Assembly (NCBI GenBank): GCA_002269645.1
Contig: NIVC01000474.1
Span: 33,006 to 97,005 of the forward strand
Direction: 5' to 3'
Length of the DNA: 64,000 bases
DNA from: Macrostomum lignano
Lineage: Eukaryota
In this document: positions 35,639 through 48,930 of the stretch, one piece after another
Numbering within the stretch: position 1 is the first letter of the stretch
How the letters are laid out: every line of letters begins with the position of its first letter
Position numbers and translations under genes: made by a program
The notes under the pieces: generated by a model
What the model saw: only the letters and a program-made list of their open reading frames with translations
What the model was told of the DNA's origin: nothing
Database searches by the model: none

Positions 35639-36107
35639 ATGACTGCGCAGCCGAACAACAAGCCGGAAGAGGAAGCGGAATTGCCGGCGCTGATCATTGG
35701 CGGCGATGCCTGCATTTTGCCGTTTGAATTGGCGCGAATTCCCATTGGCAACAGCCAGGATTGGTGAGTGTGCGCAAGCATGCTGCTGTTAGTAGTATGT
35801 TAGTCAGCCAAGTGTTAAAACTTGCATGCGAGTCAACTTTGACAATTCATTTCAGCAAAGCTATTGCGGCTTCTTTGAAATTGGACGGGGCCAAACATCT
35901 TGTGGCTACTTTTACATCCCACGATGCTGATGACTCTGAGACTAAGGTTAGTATTCTTTGATTCAGGAAGGAAGGAAGTCAGCCAGTCAGTCAGTCAGAC
36001 AGTCAGCCAGTCAGTCAGTCAGTCAGTCAGTCAGTCAGTCATTCAGGCAGACAGTCAACCAGTCAGTCAGTCAGTCAGTCAGTCAGTCAGTCAGTCAGTC
36101 AGCCACC

Positions 36108-36146
<39 letters not shown>

Positions 36147-36620
36147 CCACTCAGTCAGCCACCCAGTCAGTCAGCCAGCCACTCAGTCAGTCAGCCACCC
36201 AGTCAGTCAGTCAGTCAGTCAGTCAGCCACCCAGTCAGTCAGTCAGTCAGTCAGTCAGCCACTCAGTCAGCCACCCAGTCAGTCAGCCAGCCACTCAGTC
36301 AGTCAGCCACCCAGTCAGTCAGTCAGTCAGTCAGTCAGTCAGTCAGTCAGTCAGTCAGTCAGTCAGTCAGTCAGCCACCCAGTCAGTCAGTCAGTCAGTC
36401 AGTCAGTCAGTCAGTCAGTCAGTCAGTCAGTCAGTCAGTCAGTCAGTCAGTCAGACAGTCAGAATGTCAGACAGTCGCCAGTCAGTCAGTCAGTCAGTCA
36501 GTCAGTCAGTCAGTCAGTCAGTCAGTCAGTCAGTCAGCCAGCCACTCAGTCAGTCAGCCACCCAGTCAGTCAGTCAGTCAGTCAGTCAGTCAGCCAGCCA
36601 CTCAGTCAGTCAGTCAGTCA

Positions 36621-36657
<37 letters not shown>

Positions 36658-39600
36658 CCAGTCAGTCAGTCAGTCAGCCACTCAGTCAGCCACCCAGTCA
36701 GTCAGTCAGTCAGTCAGTCAGTCAGTCAGTCAGTCAGCCACCCAGTCAGTCAGTCAGTCAGTCAGTCAGTCAGTCAGCCACCCAGTCAGTCAGTCAGTCA
36801 GTCAGCCACTCAGTCAGCCACCCAGTCAGTCAGTCAGTCAGCCACCCAGTCAGTCAGTCAGTCAGCCACCCAGTCAGTCAGTCAGTCAGTCAGTCAGTCA
36901 GTCAGTCATTCAGTCAGACAGTCAGTATGTCAGACAGTCGCCAGTCAGTCAGTCAGCCAGTCAGCCACTCAGTCAGCCACTCAGTCAGCCACTCAGTCAG
37001 CCACTCAGTCAGCCACTCAGTCAGTCAGCCAGCCAGCCACCTCCCGTTCCCGCAGCTGGCGGGCCGCATCGGCACGGTGTGCGCTGTGCAGCAGCTGCTC
37101 CTGCTGCCCAGCCCGTCGCTGGTGCTCCGCGGCCTCTCCCGGTGTCGTTTCCACGCCTGGGTCAGCGGCTCGAATTCGACGCAGGTCGGCCGCAGGTTTT
37201 TCTGGTCGCAACAGCCGCAGCAGCAGCAGTCGCCCCGGCGCGCCCGTGTCGCCATGCTGACTAGCGACGTCGAAGAAGTGGACGCGGAAGCCACTGCTGA
37301 AGAGCTTCGCCAGCTGATCAGCCTCTGTCAACGTCTTGGCGTCCTTCGAGCTTCGCCTACTTCCGCGGCCGCTTCGGAGGCTGCTGCTGCAGCCGAGGAC
37401 GCCAGTGATATCAAAGATGGCGAGAGAAAGCGACTGGCCAGTCAGCTGCCCGACCTTCTTGGCGGCCTGTTGTCGCTGAGCACCGAGCAGCGTTTGCGCC
37501 TTCTGGCGGCCACAACGCATCGAGAGAGGGCCGCAGTTCTGCTTCCAGTAAGCTGCGTTTTCGCGTTTTTTAAATCATGCTTTTAATCATAAAGGCACAA
37601 TCTCAGTGAAGACACAATCTCAGTACAAACACAATCTCAGTACAAACACAATCTCAGTACAAACACAATCTCAGTACAAACACAATCTCAGTACAGACAC
37701 AATCTCAGTGAGACACAATCTCAGTGAAGACACAATCTCAGTGAAGACACAATCTCAGTGAGACACAATCTCAGTGAGACACAATCTCAGTGAGACACAA
37801 TCTCAGTACAGACACAATCTCAGTGAGACACAATCTCAGTACAGACACAATCTCAGTGAGACAATCTCAGTGAGACACAATCTCAGTACAGACACAATCT
37901 CAGTGAGACAATCTCAGTGAGACACAATCTCAGTGAGACAATCTCAGTGAGACACAATCTCAGTGAGACACAATCTCAGTGAAAACACAATCTCAGTGAG
38001 ACACAATCTCAGTGAGACACAATCTCAGTACAGACACAATCTCAGTGAGACAATCTCAGTGAAGACACAATCTCAGTGAGACACAATCTCAGTGAAGACA
38101 CAATCTCAGTGAAAACACAATCTCAGTGAAGACACAATCTCAGTGAAGACACAATCTCAGTGAAGACACAATCTCAGTGAAGACACAATCTCAGTGAAGA
38201 CACAATCTCAGTGAAGACACAATCTCAGTGAAGACACAATCTCAGTGAAGACACAATCTCAGTACAGACACCAATCTCAGTGAAACACAATCTCAGTGAG
38301 ACACAATCTCAGTGAGACAATCTCAGTGAAACACAATCTCAGTGAGACACAATCTCAGTGAGACAATCTCAGTGAGACACAATCTCAGTACAGACACCAA
38401 TCTCAGTGAGACACAATCTCAGTGAGACAATCTCAGTGAGACACAATCTCAGTATGACAATCTCAGTGAGACACAATCTCAGTGAGACACAATCTCAGTG
38501 AAGACACAATCTCAGTAAGACAATCTCAGTGAAACACAATCTCAGTAAGACAATCTCAGTGAAACACAATCTCAGTGAGACACAATCTCAGTGAGACACA
38601 ATCTCAGAGAGACAATCTCAGTGAAGACACAATCTCAGTAAAGACCCAATCTCAGAGAGACAATCTCAGTACAGACACAATCTCAGTGAAGACACAGTTT
38701 CAGTACAGACCCAATCTCAGAGAGACAATCTCAGTACAGACACAATCTCAGTGAAGACACAATCTCAGTGAAGACACAATCTGTAATGGAAATTCTTCCA
38801 TTGCGCGCAGATTTTGCGCTCTCGACTTCGCGACAAGACGGGCGACGCAGCGGCCGCTAATTCGTCCTCGCCGACATCGTCACCCCGCGCCGGCGGCGGT
38901 CCGATCGGCGAGTTGGCGAGCCGCCTGGCCGCGGCCGACCTGCCAAAGGCGGCTTCTGAAGCCGCCAATCGAGAATTGGCCAGACTCCGCTCCATCACTA
39001 GCGGCGCTCAGCACCATCATCCGGAGGCCGGGGTCATTCAGGTGCATTCTGTTGTTAAGCAATATTGCATGCACTTACTTTCAGCTGTTGGGGAGGCAAC
39101 AAAGAAAGGAGTAAAAGTTTCTAAATAAACTGTATGTAGGTTTTGACCTTGCACAGTCACTATCGTTAATCTTTCAATGAAAACGATTCTTAAAGCTAAA
39201 AAGCATCCGCCATTTAGCCTGGGATATCAGCATACCCTATGAGCTTTGGCTCATAGCATCTGAGCAAACCTGCAGGAAAAGAATGTGAAGCGATATTTCT
39301 CTCGATAAGCTACACTATTCCGTAATATAAACCAAATAGCCTGAGTTTATAGCCTGAATTCAGCATTGGCAGAAGAATTTTAATTTTTTACTGTCTATCG
39401 TTGATTTTGCTATTGCCAACGCCAGACCTACTTGGAGACGCTGTTGGCACTGCCCTGGCGCCGACTCACTCCACCGGACGCCGGCCCGGCCACTATGGCC
39501 GACGCTCGACGCCTACTCGACGCCGAGCACCATGGCCTGGCTAGCGTGAAGGAGCGAGTCCTGCAGTTCCTGGCCGTCAGGCGTCTCCGGCCGAGCCTCC

Positions 39601-42600
39601 GTCCGCCGCTCCTGTGCCTGGTGGCCCCGCCCGGCTGCGGCAAGACCTCAGTGGCCGGCAGCCTCGCGCGCTGTCTTGGCCGGCCGCTGCAACGCATCGC
39701 CCTAGGCGGCGTGGCCGACGCGGCCGAACTGCGCGGCCATCGGCGGACCTACGTAGGCGCCATGCCCGGCCGCTTGTTGGCGGCTGTTCGAGCGGCCGGG
39801 GTCCGCGATCCGGTGCTGCTGCTGGACGAGCTGGACAAGCTGGGCAGGCGCGGCATGCACGGCGACCCGTCCGCTACGCTGCTGGAAGCGTTGGACGCTG
39901 AGCAAAACTCCGCATTTGTGGATCATTACCTAGGCGTACCGTTCGACCTGAGCCAGGTGCTGTTTGTTGCCACAGCCAACACTATCGACTCGATACCGCC
40001 TGCTTTACTAGATAGATTTGAATTGGTTCACTTTGACCCGCTCAGCCGCTCTGATAAGGTAAATAGAATACTTCATTTTGGACGATACTGATGTCGGATA
40101 GTTTTCCGAAAAATTATATTTAGTCACGCGATGATTCAGCTTGTTTCTGTCGAAAAAAAATAGAAGCTGGAGATTAGGGAATGAAGTCGCGTTGTGGGCT
40201 GGTTGGTTAATTAACTCTAATTAAATTAATAATATAATTTATGCCATGCTTTTGACCGTGACCATGTTAATAGCTCAATGAATATATGTAACGCGAAGTA
40301 TTTGGCTGTGGGAGCGAGATGTACACTCACATACTAAAACACTGAAAGCAACGCAATATTCACATTAACCAACAATGGCGCACTCGCAAAACAGTCAACG
40401 ACAAATTGAAGCCGGTTAATTTCCAAGCCGTCCGCTACCTTGGCTACACGGAGACGCTATCGTCGTGTACGAGGACTTCCGGTACCTCGGGTCGCTGGCA
40501 ACGAGCCCGGACTCCATCGTCTCTGACAGCCACGGCGCACCTTTTCAGAAACGTCTTTGACTCAGCTGCGAGGGATGGCCTGAAGGTGCGCCTCTTTCGC
40601 GCGGCCGTAGAGCTGATCCACCTGTACGGCATGGAAGCGGTGCCGATTACCGACTCACGAGAGCGAGCCCTGGACGCTCTCTACAGGTCCCTGCTTGCAA
40701 TACCCCGAGGCGTTGTCGTCCAGAGACCTGATGCCCCCGCGCCGGCGTTCCAGACCTGAGCGTCACCCTGCGCCGGCGCCGCCAGATGCTACTGGGTCAC
40801 TGACTCCGAAGTCATGGTCGCGGCAACCAAGTCCCATTGGCGCTGGATCTCCTGCACCAGGCAACGGAGCGAAAGCACCATGACCAATGGCTGTTTTGTG
40901 GCTGACTTGCAGGCTCTGGTTCTCAGCCCCCTGACCGCAGCCGTCTGCCTCTCCCGTCTGTGTTCGCGAGCGCGTGTGCGCTAGAGCCCAATCTATCTAT
41001 CTAGTGGAGAAGATAACTCCAGATTCGAAGTATAACCAGTCTCTTGTTGAAGTTGACGTTGACAATCAACATCAGTAGAACCAGCGGCAAGACTATCCGA
41101 CACGGGCTGCATCGTCAGAATTGAAACTCGTCTCTCGTTCGACTTTCATAATAATCTGAACTACTAGTTGTCAGAGGTTGCAGAGAAGAAACCGTCTGCT
41201 TAGCCTTGGTTACCTTGCGAGCCATCTTTCTATCGCTCGACGTCCATCTGCTCCTGGCCTGTAGCGCCTGAAAAATCGTCTGCCGTTTTAATGTTTCGCT
41301 GAGCATGGTTTTGCACTAGGCGCGTTATCTGTGCATATCTTCAGTGCAACCAGAGCATCAGACCTGCTTGTATACAGCCCATAGCCATACTCCTACAAGG
41401 GCCTATAGCTTCAGTATAACGGCCTTGTACCAATTGCTCTTCACGACTAAACCAACTGCCAGCTGAACTGATGAGGCAAGAAGCTCCGAAATATTTTCTA
41501 GCAATAGCCATCAATATCTGGCAGCTTTGACTTACTGCGGCTTCGCAAACGTGAGCCGGTCTATAAAATCGGTAGCTTCCCGTTGAAGACGATACCGTGA
41601 CAAGATTCGCTTAAAAGTTGCAGACAAATCTCTAGTGACTCTGGCGACTCTGGGACAGATTTTGTGACTTTTTAACGACCAAACGCGTCTAATGCGACGA
41701 AGAGACGACTTTTGCGTCACGAGCGCGTCACGTCAGTTGTAGAATCATAAAAGAGTCGTCCAAGAATCATTGTGCTGGCACTTTACTTTCGCTAGAGATG
41801 TGACTCTAATTCATCAAGAGACGCAAGTGACTCTAATTCATCAAGAGACGCAAGTGACTCTGGCACGATGGTATAACGACTCTGTGGCCGTAATGCGCTT
41901 CAAACACAACTCAGCGACTCTACAGCGACTCTAGCACGACTCAAGTAGGACTCGACGGCCCCAGAGTCACTTGCGTCGTTTCAGAGACGCATACAATAAA
42001 ACAGTTTAAAATGACTCTTGGGCGACTCTTTGACGACTTTTTGGCGACTTGCATCGCGACATCTCGTCGTTTTAGAGTCGTTTAAAGTCACTTCTTTCCT
42101 ATTTTAAAAAGACGCTTCTTGGCCTAAGCACCGCTTTCATCAAGATTCGTATATGCAGTGCAGTGACCGCAGCTCTCGTTCCTGTACACTATAAGTGTGC
42201 CGCTCCGCCGACAGAATCCGGGGCGCGGGCGTCCGTCAGCAGGCAGTCGACGAAACGCCGAGTGGCTGTACTCGCGGGTAGGGTGCCTTCAGCGTTCGTA
42301 GAGCTCGTAGCCCAGTGGTCTAGCGCGGCGGTATTATGTGTCGGCGGCCCAGGCTCGATTCCAAGTGCAGGTACAAGGCGTTTGGGTCTGCTCGTGCAAT
42401 CAACGCCATTGAAAGCCAACCGCCAAGACAGAGTGAAGTGTACATGCCTAACGTTAAATAAAGTTATGCCCGCTGTACACTCCTGTGTGAGTGGGCGCCT
42501 TCTCAGGGGAGTCGGTGAAATGGGCAGTAATGCCTCTCGCCGGTTGTGTGACAATGTCGCTTAAAGTGCACCAGGGTGCACACAGCCCCCCTGTATGTAC

Positions 42601-44323
42601 TGCCTGTAATGTTCCCTCTTTTGCCAGAGGCTGTCTTCATGTACACTTCGAAGCGGGTCTATGTAAATCCTTTTGCGCTTAGATTGCTCACTTTTCCTGT
42701 CTCTCTCTCCCTGTCTTCCAGGTCCGCATCGCCACGGATCACCTGTTGCCAAAGCAGCTGAGCCAGCACGGTCTCGAGCCCGGCTCCGTGTTGCTAAGAG
42801 AAGCCGAACTGTTGCGCGTCATCGACGCCTACACTCGGGAGGCCGGGGTGCGCCAGCTGGAGCGTCGGCTGGCCCGCCTGTGCCGCCACGCCGCCCTGCT
42901 GGCAGCGGAGGCCCCGCCTAGCGAGCCGCTACGCGTCGATGCCGACGTGCTGCGCCAAATATTCGAAGAGGCCGACGGCGCCGATTGCCGGCCGACGCCG
43001 AGTCCGTACGAGCAGATGACGATGTCGGCGGCGAATTCCGGCGCGCCGTTGGAGCCCGGCGTCTGCCCGGTGCTGGCCGTGACACCTCACGGCGGCGAAG
43101 TCCTGCTGTTAGAGTGCGGCTGGACACTGGAGCCGGCTGTCGATGGCGGCGGGCAGACGACGGACTTGGCGCCAGTCTGCACCGGACAGGTGAGTGACAG
43201 CTCTGCTGGATGTGGAGAACTTTTTTTACTCCATAAATTAAATTTATTACATTACACAATCCCAGTTGCTCATTACAGAATCCTACTTGCTCATTGTACA
43301 ATCAAACGTGCTTATTACAAATCCTAATCACTAATTACACAATCTCATATGCTCATTACACCATATCCCCAATTGCTCATTACACAATCCCAATTGCTTA
43401 TTACACAATCCCAGTTGCTCATTACACAATTCTAATTGCTCATTACACAATCCTAATTGCTCATTATACAATCCCAATTGCTCATTACACAATCCCAGCT
43501 GCTCATTACACAATCACAATTGCTCATTACACAATCCCAATCGCTCATTACACAAGCCCAATCGCTCATTACACAATCCCAATCGGTCATTACACAATCC
43601 CAATCGGTCATTACACAATCCCAATCGCTCATTACACAATCCCAATCGCTCATTACACAATCCCAATCGGTCATTACACAATCCCAATCGCTCATTACAC
43701 AATTCCCAATTGTTCATTACACAATCCCAATCGCTCATTACACAATCCCAATCGCTCATTACACAATCCCAATCGCTCATTACACAATACCGCAGGTAGG
43801 CGAGGTCATGCGCGAGTCGGTAACTCTGTGCATCAGCTGGCTCAGCTCCAGGCTCAACTCCCAGCTCCGTCGCAATCGCTGCCGTCTGCACGTACACTTC
43901 CCGTCTGGCGCTGTGCCAAAAGACGGCACCTCGGCCGGTTTGCCGTTGGCCGCGGCGCTGACCTCCCTGGCCAGCGGCACCCCAGTCCGGGCCGGGGTCG
44001 CCCTGACTGGCGAGGTGACTCTCCGCGGCCGGGTGCTGGCGATCGGCGGCGTGCCGGCCAAGCTGGAGGCGGCCGCCCGGGCCGGCCTGCACTCGGTGGT
44101 GCTGCCGATGGCCAATCGGATTGAAGCAACTCGGACGGCTGGGCGGCTCGGCCTGGCTGGCCGCCTGCGGCTGCACTGCGTGGAAACTGTGGACCAGGCT
44201 CTGCGCTTTGCCCTGGAACCCGCCGCCGGGCATCGGGGCTTGGGCGACTGGCCAGCTTTGCCCATCAAAGATGAGGATTCCACAGAGGATAGGGAAGCCT
44301 TGAGTGCTCGGCCGAAGCTTTGA
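35639..44323 (+). CDS. LONP2: Peroxisomal Lon protease (LONP2-like), 855 aa; exons 35639-35763, 35856-35946, 37056-37547, 38811-39041, 39426-40058, 42722-43189, 43796-44323
   Basis: Exons sum to 2568 nt with compatible phases. Lon N-domain; Walker A APPGCGKTS; HRRTYVGAMPG; Walker B LLLDELDK; protease PKDGTSAG with Lys 43 residues after Ser; C-terminal PKL. Confidence 0.93.
35977..37040. repeat. Degenerate (CAGT)n/(CAGC)n tract in Lon intron 2
   Basis: Directly visible; source of the QSVS-rich ORFs 35900..37586. Confidence 0.97.
37602..38781. repeat. 14-17 bp minisatellite ACACAATCTCAGTG(A)AG in Lon intron 3, about 70 copies
   Basis: Directly visible. Confidence 0.97.
40410..40760 (+). mobile_element. 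Degenerate non-LTR retrotransposon fragment (RT C-terminal region) in Lon intron 5
   Basis: VRYLG...LKVRLFRAAVELIHLYGMEAVPIT...ERALDALYRSLL resembles the YLG and K.RLFRA.V...LLYG.E.W stretch typical of LINE ORF2 ends. Confidence 0.65.
41400..42120 (-). mobile_element. Possible decayed DNA-transposon remnant (hAT-dimerisation-like peptide plus GCGACTCT/GAGTCGC subterminal-type motifs)
   Basis: Minus strand 41520-41440 reads QILMAIARKYFGAS...SWFS, loosely like the hAT L.ARKYL..PASS..SER.FS motif; many short GACTC/GAGTC motifs at 41630-42120. Confidence 0.3.
42301..42595 (+). mobile_element. tRNA-derived SINE-like element, copy 1 (Lon intron 5)
   Basis: A-box-like TAGCCCAGTGG and B-box-like GGCTCGATTCC, followed by a body homologous to the copy at 44405-44778. 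Confidence 0.7.
43240..43790. repeat. 21 bp minisatellite CATTACACAATCCCAATTGCT in Lon intron 6
   Basis: Directly visible; source of the (IAHYTIP)n ORFs. Confidence 0.96.
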
Positions 44324-44404
44324 ATGTGCTGGCCACAGATACAATATGACTCGTGCAACTATACTCAACAGCAATAAAAAGTCGCCACCTCTGAGAGTTT
44401 ATGT

Positions 44405-44778
44405 ATTAGAGGCAGGGGGTTGTGCAGCACCCTGGCGCACTTTAAGCGACATAGGCACACAACCGGCGAGAGGCATTACTGCCCATTCCGCCGACTCCCC
44501 TGAGCAGGCACACAAGCGCACGGATACGTACGCAGTCATACGCACAGGCACACACTCACACAGGAGTGTACAGCGGCCCTAATAACTTTATATTATCGTT
44601 AGGCATGTACACTTCACTGCGCCTTGGGGGGGGGGGGGGGTTGGCTCTCAAGGCCGTTAATTGCACGAGCAGATCCAAGCCGAGATTCCAATTCAGCCCC
44701 ACATTAATGTGACTGCACTTGGAATCGAGCCTGGGCCGCTGGCACCAGAGCCTGCGCTACCGCTGGGCTACGGCCCCC
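44405..44778 (-). mobile_element. tRNA-derived SINE-like element, copy 2 (inverted relative to copy 1)
   Basis: Reverse complement shares GCGGCCCAGGCTCGATTCCAAGTGCAG, GTGAAGTGTACATGCCTAACG, CCGCTGTACACTCCTGTGTGAGTG and AATGGGCAGTAATGCCTCTCGCCGGTTGTGTG with copy 1. Confidence 0.72.
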
Positions 44779-45699
44779 CCTTCACCTCCGAGAGTCCGCA
44801 GAGTTGGGCTGGGTGAGGAGGGATTGAGAAGAGCGGAGGGCGAAGATTGGATGGGTTGAAGCTTCCGCCCGGTTTCATTGTTGTTTCAAGCGTTTTTTAA
44901 AGAGGAAGGAGGGCCAGCCCCCCACCCCCCAAGGCACAGAGTGTTCATGCCTGGCGTTTAAAAAGTACGTACTCATGTCAGTGCGTGTTCCAGGCTGATG
45001 TACATTACGAATGCACTAATAGTGAATAACTAGCTAATTAGAGCTGGCTGCCAGCATCCAGAATAATTTTATTGCTCCCCCCTTTAAGTGGGGCCCAGTG
45101 AGTTTTCTTATCAGTTGGCTCTGGCGCAATCATTAAATCTATGATAGTTATCATTGTATCTGCGGTGGCGGCTTGATTGGAAAACCACTTTAATCATTGG
45201 ATATAATGAAATTCCATTAATATTTCGGCACTAATTGTTTTGGATCCTAATTTCTTTTCGTAATTAAAAAATTATTATAAAATCTAAGTTTTCAAAGATT
45301 TTTTGTTGGCGTTTCTTGTCAAGTCGGAAGTCGGGCGCCTTTTGTAATTTAAATTCAATTTGTAATTAAAGCTTTGAAACGATTTCATTTTCATTGCAAC
45401 TGTAATTAATGATTATCTGCGTTTTGAGAGATTTCTATTTTTAATTCTCGCGCATTGTGTGGCTTTTACACAACACGATTGTGTGTTGTGCAGACTTGAT
45501 GCCAACTAATAGAAATCGTGTGCGACTTCCTAGATAAACACGCTGATTCTCCGTATTTTAGATGCGATTTTTATATCGATTGTAAGACTTCAATGCTTTC
45601 AAGTTCAATTAAATTGCTTCTTAACGAGCTTTCGCTCTTTGTCATTTAGACTCTGATTCTGAATTTCTGAAGGCTCCCACTCACACAGATTCTGAATTT

Positions 45700-46640
45700 C
45701 AAAGCGTGACTGCAGACACTGAGATTCTGAGAGTGACTGCAGAGAGTGACATTCTAAGAGTGACTGCAGAGAGTAAGATCCTGAGAGTGGCTGCAGAGAG
45801 TGAAATTATTCTTGGAGTGACTGCAGAGTGAGATTCTGAGAGTGACTGCAGAGAGTAAGATTCTGAGAGTGACTGCAGAGAGTGAGATTCTTGGAGTGAC
45901 TGCAGAGTGAGTTTTTGAGAGTGACTGCAGAGTGAGATTCTGAGAGTGACTGCAGAGAGTGAGATTCTGAGTGACTGCAGAGAGTGAGATTCTAAGAGTG
46001 ACTGCAGAGATTAAGATTCTGAGAGTGACTGCAGAGAGTGAGATTCTGGGAGAGACTGCAGAGAGTGAGATTCTGAGAGAGACTGCAGAGATTAAGATTC
46101 TGAGAGTGACTGCAGGGAGTGAGATTCTTGGAGTGACTGCAGAGAGTGAGATTCTGAGAGAGACTGCAGAGATTAAGATTCTGAGAGTGACTGCAGAGAG
46201 TAAGATTCTGAGAGTGACTGCAGAGAGTGAGATTCTTGGAGTGACTGCAGAGTGAGTTTTTGAGAGTGACTGCAGAGTGAGATTCTGAGAGTGACTGCAG
46301 AGAGTGAGATTCTGAGTGACTGCAGGGAGTGAGATTCTGAGAGAGACTGCAGAGATTAAGATTCTGAGAGTGACTGCAGGGAGTGAGATTCTGAGAGAGA
46401 CTGCAGAGATTAAGATTCTGAGAGTGACTGCAGGGAGTGAGATTCTGAGAGTGACTGCAGAGAGTGATATTCTGAGAGTAACTGCAGAGAGTGATATTCT
46501 GAGAGTGACTGCAGAGAGTGATATTCTGGGAGTAACTGCAGAGAGTGATATTCTTGGAGTAACTGCAGAGAGTGATATTCTGAGAGTGACTGCAGAGAGT
46601 GATATTCTAAGAGTGCCTGCAGAGAGTGAGATTCTGAGAG
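45700..46640. repeat. About 27 bp minisatellite GAGAGTGAGATTCTGAGAGTGACTGCA
   Basis: Directly visible; source of the (TAESEILRV)n ORFs. Confidence 0.96.
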
Positions 46641-48559
46641 TCGCTTCTACTTCTGAGAGCTACGCTCGTACTTCTTGGCCAATGGATCGAATGGGACTGG
46701 CCATAGACAGGAGTGTGCACTCGTCATTTCCTTTCCTGCTATTTCGGCCATAGACAATTTCAGTTATCAATACGGTTACGCGAACTCGTGACCTTGGCCA
46801 GTAACTTGAATTCTCGCTTCATATAACCTGCACTGGCAATGGGTCATGCACTCGCGATACGATAAATATGCGTTCCTCCGCCTCATTTCTAAGAAAACCG
46901 AGTGAGCGTCATTCTACTTCAGCTGTATGACCCATGCCTCTCCAGACGCTTCAGCTGATGGTGGGCCATGCGTGCTGAAAAAAATCCCCATGCCAATCAT
47001 CGAAAATTTTACGATCTCTTCCTTCCTTTTCTTCATCACTGCTGCTACCTTTTCTATTTTTAAAGTCTAATGCCTCAGCTCCGTTTCCATTGTAGCTGGA
47101 CCTAAGAAGAGCCATGGTGACTTACAGTTACACCTGAGTTAACTCTGCTTAATCACGAATAGGAGACAGAAAGCGGGGGGCCCATTCAGGGTACCTGGTA
47201 AAAGTGCATGGATTCAAGCAGATTCAGACTATAGGGGTGGCAGATCTGCAGGTTCACTTTAGCTAATTGAATCTGTCTGCTGTTCTGTCTGCCTGTCCGT
47301 CAGATAATTTTTGAAATATGAGCAGGTTTGGCCCATCAAGTCGACTACGTTCAAACTGCACAGAGAAACGCTCGGCGACTGCATATGCATTCACCTTCAC
47401 TGGTACGATTTCTGAAAATTGCTTTTTTTGATGTATATTTTTCTCTCTTGAATTTGAAATGTGTATCGCGTCAGAAAATCTGTTCAAATTTAGTTTACAT
47501 AGTGTTATTATACTCTGGGCTGGTTTACAGGGTTGGTATGCGAGTGTTGTGTGTGTTTAATGGGAGTAGCGAATTAGGTGAATCTGGTAAACCAGCAGCC
47601 CACTTAAACGCTTTACCCTTGCACTGTCACACAGTGTATCTAAAAATAGAGTTCTAACTTGAAGATTAAGCCAGACGAGATTTTGGCTTACACTAGACAA
47701 AAAAATTAACACATCGGAACTAGAAGCTCTCAAAGGTAGGCATGAACTCACGACAACCGGCCTTCTAAACCCTTTTTTAAGGTTATACACTCAGCCTTCT
47801 GTGAAATAAGCTCTTGATTAGACAGATCTGTGAAGACACGTTGAAGAAAGCTTGCCTTTTGATCCAACTTTCCTGGCAGTATTTCATCTCGCTAACAGGA
47901 TTAGCCAGACCATATATCAGGTTAAGCAGAGTCAACCGTTGCACACTAAGGCTATAGCATGTCCTGTTCTTTCATCAAATTTTCCCATAGCCTGATCAAG
48001 ACATTCGGCGCGGAAAATCACTCCACATTTGAACTAGAGAAATTCACGCCTGGATCAGTGAAAAAAATCTTTAGCAAGCTTATATAAGACTCCGCAACCT
48101 AGTAATTAGAGACGCGTCTAAAAAGAACCCCAATAGTTGTTACTTCTGCTCGAAATCAGCTCAACACTCCTCTGCCGCCCACTGTCTCTCTGTCTCTCCG
48201 TAATTTGGTTTTCTTCGACAAAAATAGACACAGCCAGGCCCAGGTTGCCATGCAGTGATTTATGAGGCTGGCCCGCCAGCTTTCCGCGTCGCTAGCGATT
48301 TTTCTTTCGACCTAAATGATACAATACCATCAGGCCGAGGACAAGGGTGTATTAGAAAGATCGGGAACTTCAACACGATTAACCTTGTTTAGATTTGAGT
48401 GGAAGTTCGTTTCTTGTATTGTATATAGTGAAACACGAATTTTTTTACTTTCCAGCAGAAGTTCCAAATTGTCAAAGTTTGGTTCATGGACAACTGAGTT
48501 GGAATGATGCTACAGTCGGTTTTCTTAGAAATTGAGCTGGAGGCTGGTAAGGAGAGCGC

Positions 48560-48930
48560 GTATTTGTCGCATCGCTACAGAATGTGCGTACGCTGCTCCA
48601 GCGCCTGGCCGCGATGTTCGACGCCATCGCTCTGGTTCCACCGCCAGCCACCATCAAGGGCCACCATCTACCACCGTTTCGTGCCCCACATCGCCCGAGC
48701 CGACCGGTCAAAGCGGCTGGGTAGACGCCTCGGAGGCTTCAGACATCGTGGTCGGCGCGGCACTCGAGCAGCGAATTGTTGGCGATGCCTGAAAGTTGCT
48801 CGACTTCTTCTGCCCGCAACTCCCACTCGTTCGAGCAGAAGTACAGCGCCTTAGACCGCGAGCTGCTCGCGTTGTACCTGGCAGTCAGGCATTTACGGAC
48901 CACAAGCCGCTGGTCCACCCAACTTCCGTC
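48560..48930 (+). mobile_element. Degenerate Ty3/Gypsy pol fragment (RNase H region)
   Basis: Motifs split across frames and interrupted by a stop: DASDIVVGAALEQ, EQKYSALDRELLALYLAVRH, FTDHKPL. Confidence 0.85.

Noticed and set aside
35900-37586. 454-aa and 542-aa Ser/Gln-rich ORFs
   Set aside because: They are read-throughs of the intronic (CAGT)n tract; only 37056-37547 is a Lon exon.
41455-41525. Hammerhead ribozyme (CTGATGA...GAAA)
   Set aside because: Stem II does not pair in register, and the CTGCCAG/CTGGCAG stem is offset from the core with no valid UH cleavage site.
42301-42372. Functional tRNA gene (also 44705-44778, minus strand)
   Set aside because: A/B-box-like motifs are present, but I could not fold a cloverleaf and both continue into a shared ~250-bp body, which fits SINE heads.
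46800-48500. Possible decayed coding or transposon sequence
   Set aside because: No motif or sustained reading frame I could support.
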